The notes: generated by a model not told the origin, from the sequence alone. A DNA stretch of 64,000 nucleotides from an uncultured Alphaproteobacteria bacterium (GCA_944391315.1 CALXTD010000003.1:286-64285), one strand, 5' to 3'; counted from the first letter of the stretch, positions 47,539 through 56,785 are shown. Program-made: numbers and translations.

Positions 47539-49380
47539 ATGAAAAAGAAACTCAGTATATTTTTATTCTTTGTTCTGGTAATCGGTTGTTTTTACCTGTT
47601 TAACTATAGTATCTCTGTTTTTTTTGAAAACAAGTATATAGACCTTAGCGGCAATAATAAATATAGCCTGTCCGCTGCCTCAAAAAAAATAATTTCTGAA
47701 TTAAATGCAACCCAAAGCATAAAGATATATATTTCTCCGCAAATAGCAAAAGACTACCCTCAAACGGCTGAATATGGCAAATATATTGCAGAATTGGTCA
47801 AACAATATGAAAAAGAGAACCCAAAGAAAATAACGGCCGAGATTATTGAAATAGAACCGTTCGGCCCTCAAGAGCATGAGGCTGAACAATACGGACTAAA
47901 ATCCTTTGCCAGCAAAGACGGAAAAATAAGCCTGTACTTGGGCGGTGTTATTACTAATGAGCAAGGCCAATATATTGCCATTCCAAACTTTGTAGAATTG
48001 CGCAGTCCTTATCTTGAATATGACATAACCACTGCAATCAAACAACTTTCGCAGCCGCAAAAATTGCCAAAAATAGGCGTCATCGCGCCTGATCTAGACA
48101 CAAAAGTTAATAAAGACGGCCGCCTTGACTTGAGCAATAATCTTAATATTTTTAATCAGTTAAAAAATAAATATCAGCTTGTGCCGATATCTGATTATTC
48201 AGTGCAAATCGGAGTAGATATCAACACGGTCATTTTAATAAATCCCAATGACGGCCTTTCAAATATTGGGCAATATGCCTTGGATCAGTTTATCCTTCGT
48301 GGAGGAAATCTGATAGTGTTTGTAGATGCCATTGATGAAAAAAACAACAAAATCAATAACGAAAAAGCAATCAATAATCTGTTGAGCAACTGGGGCATTG
48401 ATTATTCATCAAAACGCACCATCGGCAGCAAGGACAAAGCCATTGAAGTTATCTCCGGTTCCAAAAGATTTTCATACATGCCTTGGATGAACTTAAGTTC
48501 AGAGAGCTTTAATCAAGAAAACGATTTAACCCAAGGCCTAAACTCAATATCTTTACGCTCACCGGCCGCAATTAATGCAAAGAAAAGCAAAGCCGAAGAA
48601 TTTTCCTTCACACCGCTGATAACCATTTCTGGAAAAACAGGAACTATAGAAAGCTCTGTCGCCAAACAAACATATAAAGAAATTTCTGCTGCCAATTTTA
48701 CGGAAACAAATAAAGATTATATTATCGCAGCCGAAGTAGAAGGAAAGTTTCGTTCTATATTTCAAGACAATATCATGAAAGGCACCAAATACGAAAATCA
48801 AATGCTGTCGTTTTTACCACAGTCAATGAAAAAAGGCAAAATTTTCATAATTGCCGATATTGATTTTCTTTATGATTCTACCTGGTCAGATAACAGCTAT
48901 AAAAACAAAAATACCACCTATGGATTTGTCCCATGGAGCGAAAATGGCCTTCTGCTTGAAAGAATATTAAATAAAATCAATGGCAATGAAGAATTAGTTG
49001 CACTAAAAATACAGTCCAACCTTCCGCAAGACAGCCTCGGAACAAAGTTTAAGCAAGAGGCAGAGAAAAACTTTCTTCAGGAAAAAGAGCAAAAACAACA
49101 AGACTTGAAAGCCAGCATCGCCAAAGCTGAAAGAATGAATTTTCAAAATTATTCAATGGGCAACATGCAGCAAATAAATCGCTTGCAAGAAGAGATAACC
49201 ACTGCTGAAAAAGCAATAAGACAGCTAGATTATCAGGCAGAACAGGCTTATAAAAAGAAAATAAATATATTTATGGGGGCCAGTGCCGGCGCAATGTTGC
49301 TTTATGCCGCAATCATAGCCTTGATTTTCAGAAGAAGACTAAAGCATCGCCGCAGTTATAAGGAGAAATCAGATGAATAG
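47539..49380 (+). CDS. GldG-like ABC transporter auxiliary component
   Basis: 613 aa. N- and C-terminal TM helices bracket a large periplasmic domain. Position and architecture match gldG family members. Confidence 0.7.
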   Translation: MKKKLSIFLFFVLVIGCFYLFNYSISVFFENKYIDLSGNNKYSLSAASKKIISELNATQSIKIYISPQIAKDYPQTAEYGKYIAELVKQYEKENPKKITAEIIEIEPFGPQEHEAEQYGLKSFASKDGKISLYLGGVITNEQGQYIAIPNFVELRSPYLEYDITTAIKQLSQPQKLPKIGVIAPDLDTKVNKDGRLDLSNNLNIFNQLKNKYQLVPISDYSVQIGVDINTVILINPNDGLSNIGQYALDQFILRGGNLIVFVDAIDEKNNKINNEKAINNLLSNWGIDYSSKRTIGSKDKAIEVISGSKRFSYMPWMNLSSESFNQENDLTQGLNSISLRSPAAINAKKSKAEEFSFTPLITISGKTGTIESSVAKQTYKEISAANFTETNKDYIIAAEVEGKFRSIFQDNIMKGTKYENQMLSFLPQSMKKGKIFIIADIDFLYDSTWSDNSYKNKNTTYGFVPWSENGLLLERILNKINGNEELVALKIQSNLPQDSLGTKFKQEAEKNFLQEKEQKQQDLKASIAKAERMNFQNYSMGNMQQINRLQEEITTAEKAIRQLDYQAEQAYKKKINIFMGASAGAMLLYAAIIALIFRRRLKHRRSYKEKSDE

Positions 49381-50320
49381 CAAAACATTAAAACAAGCCT
49401 TCTTAATGTTTTTTGCCAGCGCACTGCTGGCTCTGGTTGCCTATATTTCTCATTATGACGGGATTAATGAAAATGTTCAGGGAAAATCCTCATTCGGAAA
49501 CACAGCCGCCGAATTTGAGCGTATTTCAACCATAGAAATGAATACCCCTAAAGGCAAAATAACTTTTGACAAATCCGATGGCGTTTGGCTTCTCCGCGAG
49601 GCAGATTCTTACTATGCCGGATATCAGCTTATGAATGCCTTTGAAGGTTTTGTAAAAAATAGCAAAATACTCCGTCAAGAACAAATGAATGCCGAAGATG
49701 AGGCCAAATATTTTGGCGAAAACAGCAGAGACATAAAATTACTTTCCGCTAACGGAAAAACACTTTCTGAAATAACCATATCAATGCTGCCGGCCGGAAA
49801 TAACTTGTCTTATGCTAAAATCAAAGGATTAGATGGAATATATGTTATTGAAAATAATATGGATTTTCCTTTGGATAAAGCTTTCTGGCTCCAGCAACCG
49901 TTACTAGCTTTGCCAAACAATATGATTGAAGCAATAAAAATAAACGAAAAAATCGCCCTCAGGGATAAAAAGGACGGAACTTTTTTCACCAAAGATAACC
50001 AAGTATATAAAGCCGATGAATTGTTGAAAACATTAGAATTTTTGCTTTTTACAAAAGTTTTATCGGCTCAAAATTTTGATGAAAGCAAGTTCTCAGAACA
50101 AAAAACGATGAAGATAACAACCTTTGACGGCGTTATTGTCGATATCACGCTTTATAAAAACGGTGATGAATATTGGGTAAAACAAAAAATTTCCACATCA
50201 GCCCTACCAACAACCTCATCGAATGAATATGTAAAGAACAATGCCTTTTTATATGATTACTGGTATTTCAAATTGTCACAAATGACAGGACGTAGACTTT
50301 GGCTGGAAAATATAATGTAG
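49373..50320 (+). CDS. DUF4340-like protein (usual fourth gene of GldG-type operons)
   Basis: 315 aa with an N-terminal TM anchor. 8-nt overlap with the gldG-like stop. Assignment rests on context and architecture. Confidence 0.5.
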   Translation: MNSKTLKQAFLMFFASALLALVAYISHYDGINENVQGKSSFGNTAAEFERISTIEMNTPKGKITFDKSDGVWLLREADSYYAGYQLMNAFEGFVKNSKILRQEQMNAEDEAKYFGENSRDIKLLSANGKTLSEITISMLPAGNNLSYAKIKGLDGIYVIENNMDFPLDKAFWLQQPLLALPNNMIEAIKINEKIALRDKKDGTFFTKDNQVYKADELLKTLEFLLFTKVLSAQNFDESKFSEQKTMKITTFDGVIVDITLYKNGDEYWVKQKISTSALPTTSSNEYVKNNAFLYDYWYFKLSQMTGRRLWLENIM

Positions 50321-50332
50321 AGGAATAAATTT

Positions 50333-51055
50333 ATGGAAAAAATAAAAGAAAAATATCGCAAGATGATAAAAGACTTAAAAAATTGTGAAAAAATAAGCAA
50401 TTCAAAATCTTATTTTTTGGCACAAGCCGCTCATGATTTAAGACAGCCTTTGCAAGCAATGCATATTTTTACCTCAATGCTTTTAGAAACAGATTTAACC
50501 GAGGAGCAAGAGGATCTCGCCAAAAAAATAGAATATTCAGCCGTAAATATGAGAGACTTGCTCTCTAATTATCTTGATTTATCAAAACTTGACTATGGCG
50601 GCTTCAAATATGAGGAAAAAGAGTTTTGCATAAGACATTTAACCGATAAACTGGCAGAAGAATTTTCTTTCATCTGCCGTTTGCATGGCGTAAAACTCCA
50701 GTACATTCCTTGCAGCCTAAAGATTAAAAGCGATCCAATTCTGGTGGAAAGAATGCTTAGAAACCTACTGACTAATGCAATCAAATATACTAAAAACAAA
50801 ATTGTGTTTGGCTGCAAAAGAAAGGGAAACAAAGTCCTGATTAGCATAATAGACAACGGCTGTGGCATCCACGGCGAAGATATTCCTTACATTTTTGACG
50901 AGTTTTATCAAAGCGGCCAAAATCCGGAAAATAAACGCCATGGAGCAGGGTTAGGCTTGGCCATTGTCAAAAAAATTGCCGACTTAATAAATACCAAAAT
51001 AAGGGTAGATACATCACTCGGCAAAGGAACAAGCTTTAGCTTTAGTCTGGGGTAG
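50333..51055 (+). CDS. Histidine kinase core (HisKA + HATPase_c) with no sensor or TM domain
   Basis: 240 aa. H-box FLAQAAHDLRQPL, N-box NLLTNAIKYT, G1 DNGCGI, G2 GAGLGLAIV. Confidence 0.85.
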   Translation: MEKIKEKYRKMIKDLKNCEKISNSKSYFLAQAAHDLRQPLQAMHIFTSMLLETDLTEEQEDLAKKIEYSAVNMRDLLSNYLDLSKLDYGGFKYEEKEFCIRHLTDKLAEEFSFICRLHGVKLQYIPCSLKIKSDPILVERMLRNLLTNAIKYTKNKIVFGCKRKGNKVLISIIDNGCGIHGEDIPYIFDEFYQSGQNPENKRHGAGLGLAIVKKIADLINTKIRVDTSLGKGTSFSFSLG

Positions 51056-51515
51056 AAATTTTGTTTTGGCGAAGAACTTTAACATAATCATAATGCTTGC
51101 GAGACAAATCAAGCAGGCAGCGCTGAGTATTATATTGCTCCGAGCCCAGATACCCATCCATTGAAAAAGCATATAAAGAGCAAAAAGTATCGCGGTAGGC
51201 TTTCCAAGTTTCATAAAGAGAGCGAAGCTTGCCGCGAAACATCGTGCCGTTTTCATTCCATTCTTTAAAATTTTCATCATTCAAAATGTTTTCATACTCG
51301 GCATAAATAAGCTGTTCGATTCTCATGTTTTCTTGACGCATACAATCCGCCGAAGCATCTTCTCCCACTAAAGAGGCTTTGTTCATGCATTGCTTAAAAT
51401 CAAAATTTTGACTAGGCGCCTGCTGAGAAGCCTGAGCATAAACGATATCAGGCGAAGCAAAAGTTAAAAAAGCGGCAGAAAAAACAACAAACTTAGAAAA
51501 AGGAATACCCATCAT
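51042..51515 (-). CDS. LprI/DUF1311-family periplasmic protein
   Basis: Signal peptide plus Cys-containing helical pattern (CMRQENMRIEQLIYAEYENIL...WKAYRDTFCSLY). 14-nt convergent overlap with the kinase gene. Confidence 0.6.
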   Translation of the reverse strand: MMGIPFSKFVVFSAAFLTFASPDIVYAQASQQAPSQNFDFKQCMNKASLVGEDASADCMRQENMRIEQLIYAEYENILNDENFKEWNENGTMFRGKLRSLYETWKAYRDTFCSLYAFSMDGYLGSEQYNTQRCLLDLSRKHYDYVKVLRQNKISTPD

Positions 51516-51651
51516 AAACCCCTCATAAAAAACATATAAATTATACTAAAATGAATTACTTAAAATTAAATTAAATTTCTGAAAATAAGGGTTTATTAAC
51601 AAATAAAATATAAAATCAAATCAGAAATAAATGCAGAATGGGAAAAAAGAA

Positions 51652-51981
51652 ATGCAATGGAAAAAGTTGTTGGCCGCAATATCTCTTGTCGTTGCGACCT
51701 CTTGTACCAGAACAGAATATATAAGAACCGACACTTGGAGCTATATAGGGCTAGAGGAGGGGGAACTGGTCTTCAGACTTGGCCCGCCGGACCAAATCTA
51801 TGAGCTCGGCAAAGAAAGATATTTAACCTACATAAAGGCTGGAACAGGCTATACCAATATGGGTGGCTATGCGCCATCATTCTGCAAACTAACTTTTGTT
51901 TTGTATAAAGATAGAGTCGACAATTGGCACTACGAAGGAAACCTCTGTGATCAATATATAGAAAGCATAAATTTACAATAA
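51652..51981 (+). CDS. Small lipoprotein (unknown)
   Basis: MQWKKLLAAISLVVATSC lipobox-like signal from the internal ATG at 51652. Confidence 0.5.
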   Translation: MQWKKLLAAISLVVATSCTRTEYIRTDTWSYIGLEEGELVFRLGPPDQIYELGKERYLTYIKAGTGYTNMGGYAPSFCKLTFVLYKDRVDNWHYEGNLCDQYIESINLQ

Positions 51982-51983
51982 GA

Positions 51984-52016
51984 AAAACTCCTTGCCAAAC
52001 GGTAAGGAGTTTTTTA
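51984..52016. terminator. Bidirectional terminator between convergent genes
   Basis: AAAAACTCCTTGCC-aaac-GGTAAGGAGTTTTTT (one mismatch in a 10-bp stem), with A-run and T-run flanks. Confidence 0.55.
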
Positions 52017-52030
52017 GAAATGCGGTAAAA

Positions 52031-52801
52031 TTAATTTCCAAAGATACCTAAGCTTTTAACGCGATCTTTAACCCCGCCAACAACTTCTTCAAGGTTTTGC
52101 TGTGCAACATCTTTAAATTTGTTCAAATTTTGCTTAACAACCGTGTCAGAAGCAACTTTCAGCATTTTAGTCATAACATTAGCAATCACCTGCGGAATAG
52201 ATGTACCGGAAGATGTTTTTTCTTCTCCGATGTTTTTAAGTTCAATGGTCGGCAGAGTAACAGAAACATCTTGTTTTCCTGCGGCAACGGCCAAATTAGC
52301 TTCTGAAATGGTCAAACGTTTAATAACCACTTTTTTTGATGAAGCAGAAGCTTCTTTTTCTTCGGTGCTTTTAGCCTCATCAGCAGATGAGCCTGATTTA
52401 GACTTAGCTAAATAATTATTAATATTATTTTGAATTTCTTGGAAGTTATTTTGTGTTAATGAGAGCATTTCATAAGTAATTTGGGGTTTATTGATATCTA
52501 TGCTTTCAATGACAATTGTATCAGAAGCCAAACTTTTCAAATCAATTTTAACAGCCGCCTGTGTTAAATCAAACAGATAGGGCTCTTTATAATTTTTAGG
52601 ATTCGCAATAGTAAATTTATCAAGAGAGGCCTCTCCCTTAGTTAGACTCAAGTCAAACCCACCAAGATTAACATCTGTTCCGATAACTTCAGAGCCATAT
52701 TTATGAACAAGCTTTGTAACAATAGAACTAAGTGAAGGAGTAAAGTAATAAGCCGCAGCCGCCACCGCGACAAGCCCGATAAGAAGATTACGTTTTTTCA
52801 T
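52031..52801 (-). CDS. Membrane-anchored protein with AsmA-N-like repeats (tentative)
   Basis: 256 aa with an N-terminal TM. Pattern VIGTDVNLGGFDLSLTKGEASLDKFTIANPKNYKEPYLFDL...IVIESIDINKPQITYE resembles small AsmA-like/DUF748-type proteins. Confidence 0.4.
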   Translation of the reverse strand: MKKRNLLIGLVAVAAAAYYFTPSLSSIVTKLVHKYGSEVIGTDVNLGGFDLSLTKGEASLDKFTIANPKNYKEPYLFDLTQAAVKIDLKSLASDTIVIESIDINKPQITYEMLSLTQNNFQEIQNNINNYLAKSKSGSSADEAKSTEEKEASASSKKVVIKRLTISEANLAVAAGKQDVSVTLPTIELKNIGEEKTSSGTSIPQVIANVMTKMLKVASDTVVKQNLNKFKDVAQQNLEEVVGGVKDRVKSLGIFGN

Positions 52802-52816
52802 GAAAAATCCTTTCAG

Positions 52817-53632
52817 TTATAGAGAAGAGATAGAAGATAAAAACTGTTTTTCAACCTTCTGTGCAATAATATCATCATGAATATAGAGTGAGGTAAGTTT
52901 CCTCATGCTATTAAATGTACCATTTCTTAAGCAAAAATCAAATGAAGATTTATAGTTAAGATCATATATCCAAGAATAATAGTTCAAAAATGTGTCAGCA
53001 ACATTTGTGCGGTTAATATCTACCATTTGAGAAGAAAGATATTGAGAGAGAGCTTTTTCTGTCGGTAACATAGGCGGCAAATCATAAAAGAAAAGCCGTA
53101 ATATAGACTTGTCATTTTTTTCTAACGCTCTGTGCAGAAGATAAAAGTTTGCAATTTTATCGGCATCACGCACCAAAAATGCAATTTTTTTGACTTTATC
53201 TTGCAACGGAGAACCTGCAAGTACTTGATAATCTTCATCATCATAAAGAGCTTCAATCATATGGCCATGATGTTTAACCGGCAGCAAAATCTCAGGACGA
53301 GAATATTGCGGATAATTTTTAAGAATTTCATAGCTTAAAATAGAATGGTCATATCTTTCTGTCGGCTTGTTAAAACGCAGTTCAATTTCTTCAAAGCGCC
53401 CAATATCGTGGAACAAATAAGCCAGTTTGGCACAGCGTAAAAAATCTTCATCTTCGGACTGAAAAATCGATTCGTGCTTCATAATATAATTTCCGGCACC
53501 AACAACCTGAAAAGAATGAACTTTTTTCTCTTGCGCATACCCAACTAAAAAAGAGTCGCTTGAAACCCCATCAAGACAGTGCTGAAAATAAGACAACAGC
53601 AAGGCTTCGTCTTTATGTGTATCAATAATCAT
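52817..53632 (-). CDS. HD-domain phosphohydrolase-family protein
   Basis: 271 aa. LFHDIGRFEE, HHGH and RDADKIANF give the H..HD..D metal-ligand pattern. Very AT-rich gene. Confidence 0.7.
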   Translation of the reverse strand: MIIDTHKDEALLLSYFQHCLDGVSSDSFLVGYAQEKKVHSFQVVGAGNYIMKHESIFQSEDEDFLRCAKLAYLFHDIGRFEEIELRFNKPTERYDHSILSYEILKNYPQYSRPEILLPVKHHGHMIEALYDDEDYQVLAGSPLQDKVKKIAFLVRDADKIANFYLLHRALEKNDKSILRLFFYDLPPMLPTEKALSQYLSSQMVDINRTNVADTFLNYYSWIYDLNYKSSFDFCLRNGTFNSMRKLTSLYIHDDIIAQKVEKQFLSSISSL

Positions 53633-53730
53633 GATATTTCCTCCAAATTAAAATAAATCTATAGACAATAAATTAATTCTTATTTAAAAAAGAGAGAGCA
53701 AAATTAAAAAGAACAGTAAAAGAGGCATAA

Positions 53731-54183
53731 ATGATAAATCATGAAGAAAATTTAAGAAAAGCAATCGAGCTCAGTCGAGTCTCTGTTGAAAATGGCAGCT
53801 CTCCGTTTGGGTGCATTATTGTCAACGCCAAGGGAGAAATAATCGGCCAAGGGCATAATCGCGTTGTTTTAGATAATGATCCGACAGCGCATGGCGAGGT
53901 AACCGCTATTAGAAATGCCTGCAAAAATATCAATAGCTTTGATTTAAGTGATTGTATTTTATACACTTCTTGTGAGCCATGCCCGATGTGCCTAAATGCA
54001 GCCAAATGGGCTAATATTAAAGAAATTTATTACGCCGCCGACCGTTATGATGCCGAAAATATCGGGTTTAGAGACAGAGTCTTTTACGAAGATGACCCGA
54101 TTGAGCTTCACCGCCTTGATATCAGAGAAGCCCAAGAAGTAATGCAAATCTGGAAAAACAAGGCTGACCGCAAAGAATATTAA
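53731..54183 (+). CDS. guaD: Guanine deaminase (GuaD-type CDA-fold deaminase)
   Basis: 150 aa, collinear with remembered B. subtilis GuaD: NDPTAHGEVTAIRNACK, DCILYTSCEPCPMCL, C-terminal ...KEY. Confidence 0.82.
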   Translation: MINHEENLRKAIELSRVSVENGSSPFGCIIVNAKGEIIGQGHNRVVLDNDPTAHGEVTAIRNACKNINSFDLSDCILYTSCEPCPMCLNAAKWANIKEIYYAADRYDAENIGFRDRVFYEDDPIELHRLDIREAQEVMQIWKNKADRKEY

Positions 54184-54201
54184 AAAAAATAAAAATTTAT
54201 C

Positions 54202-54230
54202 TTGCAAAATAAAAAAACGCGGTTTATATT
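54202..54230 (+). promoter_or_regulatory. Sigma70-like promoter for tRNA-Lys
   Basis: TTGCAA (54202-54207), 17-nt spacer, TATATT (54225-54230). Lies about 22 nt upstream of the mature tRNA 5' end. Confidence 0.4.
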
Positions 54231-54252
54231 TCGTCTGTCAGGTTGACAGCAT

Positions 54253-54328
54253 GGGTGCGTAGCTCAGTTGGTAGAGCAACTGACTCTTAATCAGTGGGTC
54301 TGGGGTTCGAACCCCCACGCGCCTACCA
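54253..54328 (+). tRNA. tRNA-Lys (anticodon CTT)
   Basis: 76 nt folded by hand. Acceptor GGGTGCG/CGCGCCT, D-arm AGCTCAGTTGGTAGAGC, anticodon stem ACTGA/TCAGT with loop CT-CTT-AA, T-arm TGGGG-TTCGAAC-CCCCA, encoded CCA. Confidence 0.95.
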
Positions 54329-54330
54329 TT

Positions 54331-54369
54331 AAAAAAGGCTTTGGAAAATATCCAAGGCCTTTATTTTTT
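54331..54369. terminator. Bidirectional terminator (tRNA-Lys / dsbD-like gene)
   Basis: AAAAAA-GGCTTTGGA-aaata-TCCAAGGCC-TTTATTTTTTT, a 9-bp stem with one G-U pair. Confidence 0.65.
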
Positions 54370-55974
54370 TTACTTCAACAAGTCAATCAGCTGATTAAAT
54401 GTGAATAGTTGCGGCAAAATGTTTGGTTTTCCATTCTGATAAAACACATAGAGCGGAACACTGTTTCTCCCGAAAGAAACTAAAGCCTGTGTAATCTCAG
54501 GATTTTTATGCGTCCAATCGGCTCGATATAATTTAATTCCGTTTTTCTTAGCAAAAGAGATAAACTCATTAGTGTCTAAAACCATTTTTTCATTTGCCAA
54601 GCAGGTCAAACACCACTTTGCCGAAAAATCAATCAACACTTTATCACCGGCAGCAACTGAAGAGGCTATTTCAGATTCGTCATAAGCTTTCCAATGTTGG
54701 TTATGCAAAGAAGAAAACGAAAGTTGCGCATACAAAACCCATCCCAACCATAAACAGGTCAGTGCCATGGGAATGGCCAAAATTTTCTTGAATGTCAGCA
54801 TCCATTTCCCCGGACGCGGCAAAACCCTAGATAAAAAGGCGGGGAAAAATCCTGCCAGCGTAAAGGGCAGGGCATAGCCAAAGCCTAAACACATAAAGAC
54901 CAACAAACATACTGATAACGGCTGCATAAGGGTATAACCGATGGCCGCACCCATAAACGGCGCCGAACAAGAACTGGCGACCAAAACCGAAAATATACCG
55001 GTAAAGAAAGCCCCTTTCCAACCTTTTTGAGAAGATAACCGATTCGTCTTACTTGAAAAAACAAAATCAAATGAGACTAAATCTAAAAACATTAATGTCA
55101 AAAACAGAAAAATAATCAGAAGAAATCCAATAAACCAAGGTGATTGCAGTTGATGCCCCCATCCAATGGCTTCACCGCTTTTTCTCAATACAAACAAAAT
55201 CAGTGCCATAATCACAAAAGACACCATCACACCGGCAAAATAGGCCAAAGCTTCAAGACGTGCCTTCTTAAAATCAGTAGATGACGGAAGCAAAGAAACA
55301 ATTTTTAATGATAAAATCGGCAAAACACAAGGCATAAGATTAAGAATAAGCCCGCCAACAAAAGCCATTAACAAAATGCCCCAAAAAGAAATATCGTTCT
55401 CAGATGTCATTGCCTGAGGCTGGGGTGCTTTTTCAAAATAAGGCTTAGCCAGAGCTTGAACCTCTGCCCATTCTGCTGAGGGAAAAACATTTTCTATCGA
55501 AATGGGTAACGAAAAATTAAAACTGCTTTCTTGTTGCAAACATTCTTCGCTACAAGCTTGCCAAGAGATATCGACTGAGAAATCAGCCTTTAAGCGCTGA
55601 TTTCCTTCCGGAATAATTTCTGCTTGATAAAAAGCTTTTCCCGAAAAACCGTATTGTGGTCCAAATTCTGAAGGAAACTCTTGTTCTTGGCTCCATTTTT
55701 CATCAGATATTTTATATCCTGCCGGCAGCTTCCAAACAATTTTGGTCGGCAATCCGATATTATTTGCATCAGAAGACAAAATATGCCAAGGCTCAGCAAT
55801 GTCAAAAGCGATAAGAATACTAAGATTTTGCTGAAAATTAATGGCCGGAGTGTTTGTATAAACGGCCAATTTAACCGGAAAAGAATTATGCACGGCAACA
55901 GCCGCAAGAGCCGCTCCGTGCATAAACACGACGGTAAAGCAAAGAACAATCAGCTTTATCCATCTTTTGAGCAT
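54370..55974 (-). CDS. dsbD: DsbD/ScsB-family thiol:disulfide interchange (protein-disulfide reductase) membrane protein
   Basis: 534 aa. Signal peptide, DsbD_N-like domain (WQACSEEC), TM core with CVLPIL and CSAPF cysteines, C-terminal thioredoxin WCLTC. Confidence 0.85.
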   Translation of the reverse strand: MLKRWIKLIVLCFTVVFMHGAALAAVAVHNSFPVKLAVYTNTPAINFQQNLSILIAFDIAEPWHILSSDANNIGLPTKIVWKLPAGYKISDEKWSQEQEFPSEFGPQYGFSGKAFYQAEIIPEGNQRLKADFSVDISWQACSEECLQQESSFNFSLPISIENVFPSAEWAEVQALAKPYFEKAPQPQAMTSENDISFWGILLMAFVGGLILNLMPCVLPILSLKIVSLLPSSTDFKKARLEALAYFAGVMVSFVIMALILFVLRKSGEAIGWGHQLQSPWFIGFLLIIFLFLTLMFLDLVSFDFVFSSKTNRLSSQKGWKGAFFTGIFSVLVASSCSAPFMGAAIGYTLMQPLSVCLLVFMCLGFGYALPFTLAGFFPAFLSRVLPRPGKWMLTFKKILAIPMALTCLWLGWVLYAQLSFSSLHNQHWKAYDESEIASSVAAGDKVLIDFSAKWCLTCLANEKMVLDTNEFISFAKKNGIKLYRADWTHKNPEITQALVSFGRNSVPLYVFYQNGKPNILPQLFTFNQLIDLLK

Positions 55975-56675
55975 TACTTTTTGGCCGCCGCAATCACAAA
56001 GTTATAATAAGCGGTAATGATAATGCTGACAGCTTTAATCAAGCACAAGATACCAAACAAAATAGCCAGTTGCAAAAAACAACCGGGGATAAGGCACATC
56101 AATACGATAGCCACAAATGTTTCTGCCCCTTGAGCAAATCCGCCAAGATAGAACGGAGAGCGGTCAAATACCATGTCTGTAAGCGAACGGTCTTTATAAG
56201 CCACAATGGCATAAGCCAGCATCGCACAAGCTGAGGCCGCAAATCCAAACAACAAGAAAGAAGCTGCAACGGCATTCTCTGTCGGATTGGCCATAGCAAA
56301 ACCAAAGATAATACCGGTATAAAAGATATAGTCTAAAGCAGCGTCAAGAAAAATACCAAACTCTGTTACTTTGGAGCGACGTGCAATTCCACCATCAACC
56401 GCATCAAACAAACGATTAACCAAAATGCAGACTAACGCCCAAAAATACATTTCCAAAGATAAGAAATTAATGGCCAGCAATCCGATAGCAAATCCAATAA
56501 TGGAAGTCACATTGGCGCTCACTCCTTTTTTATAAAGAGACATCGAGCACTTATCAATGCTTTTGCGCATTTGATCGCGCAGCTTTTTTGTAGATTTATT
56601 CACATAGTCAAAAGCCGGCTTGATTTTAGCCCCATCAAGTTTATTGTGAATCTTGTCTTTAATATTTTTATCCAT
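55974..56675 (-). CDS. CDP-alcohol phosphatidyltransferase family protein (substrate class unclear)
   Basis: 233 aa. DAVDGGIARRSKVTEFGIFLDAALD matches D-x2-DG-x2-AR...G-x3-D-x3-D. Multi-TM. Confidence 0.8.
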   Translation of the reverse strand: MDKNIKDKIHNKLDGAKIKPAFDYVNKSTKKLRDQMRKSIDKCSMSLYKKGVSANVTSIIGFAIGLLAINFLSLEMYFWALVCILVNRLFDAVDGGIARRSKVTEFGIFLDAALDYIFYTGIIFGFAMANPTENAVAASFLLFGFAASACAMLAYAIVAYKDRSLTDMVFDRSPFYLGGFAQGAETFVAIVLMCLIPGCFLQLAILFGILCLIKAVSIIITAYYNFVIAAAKK

Positions 56676-56785
56676 GACACAAAGCCTTTTACGATTAAAA
56701 CAACAAAAATATAGTAAACCGAAAATGATTAAAAGTAAAATCCTGTTCCAAAGTTATCAAAACAAAAAAATGAATTGAGAATTAT

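Noticed and set aside
54253-54369. tRNA-Lys as an integration site for a genomic island
   Set aside because: No integrase, and I noticed no direct repeat of the tRNA 3' end. The downstream genes (dsbD-like and a lipid transferase) are convergent and end at a shared terminator. I could not run an exhaustive repeat search.
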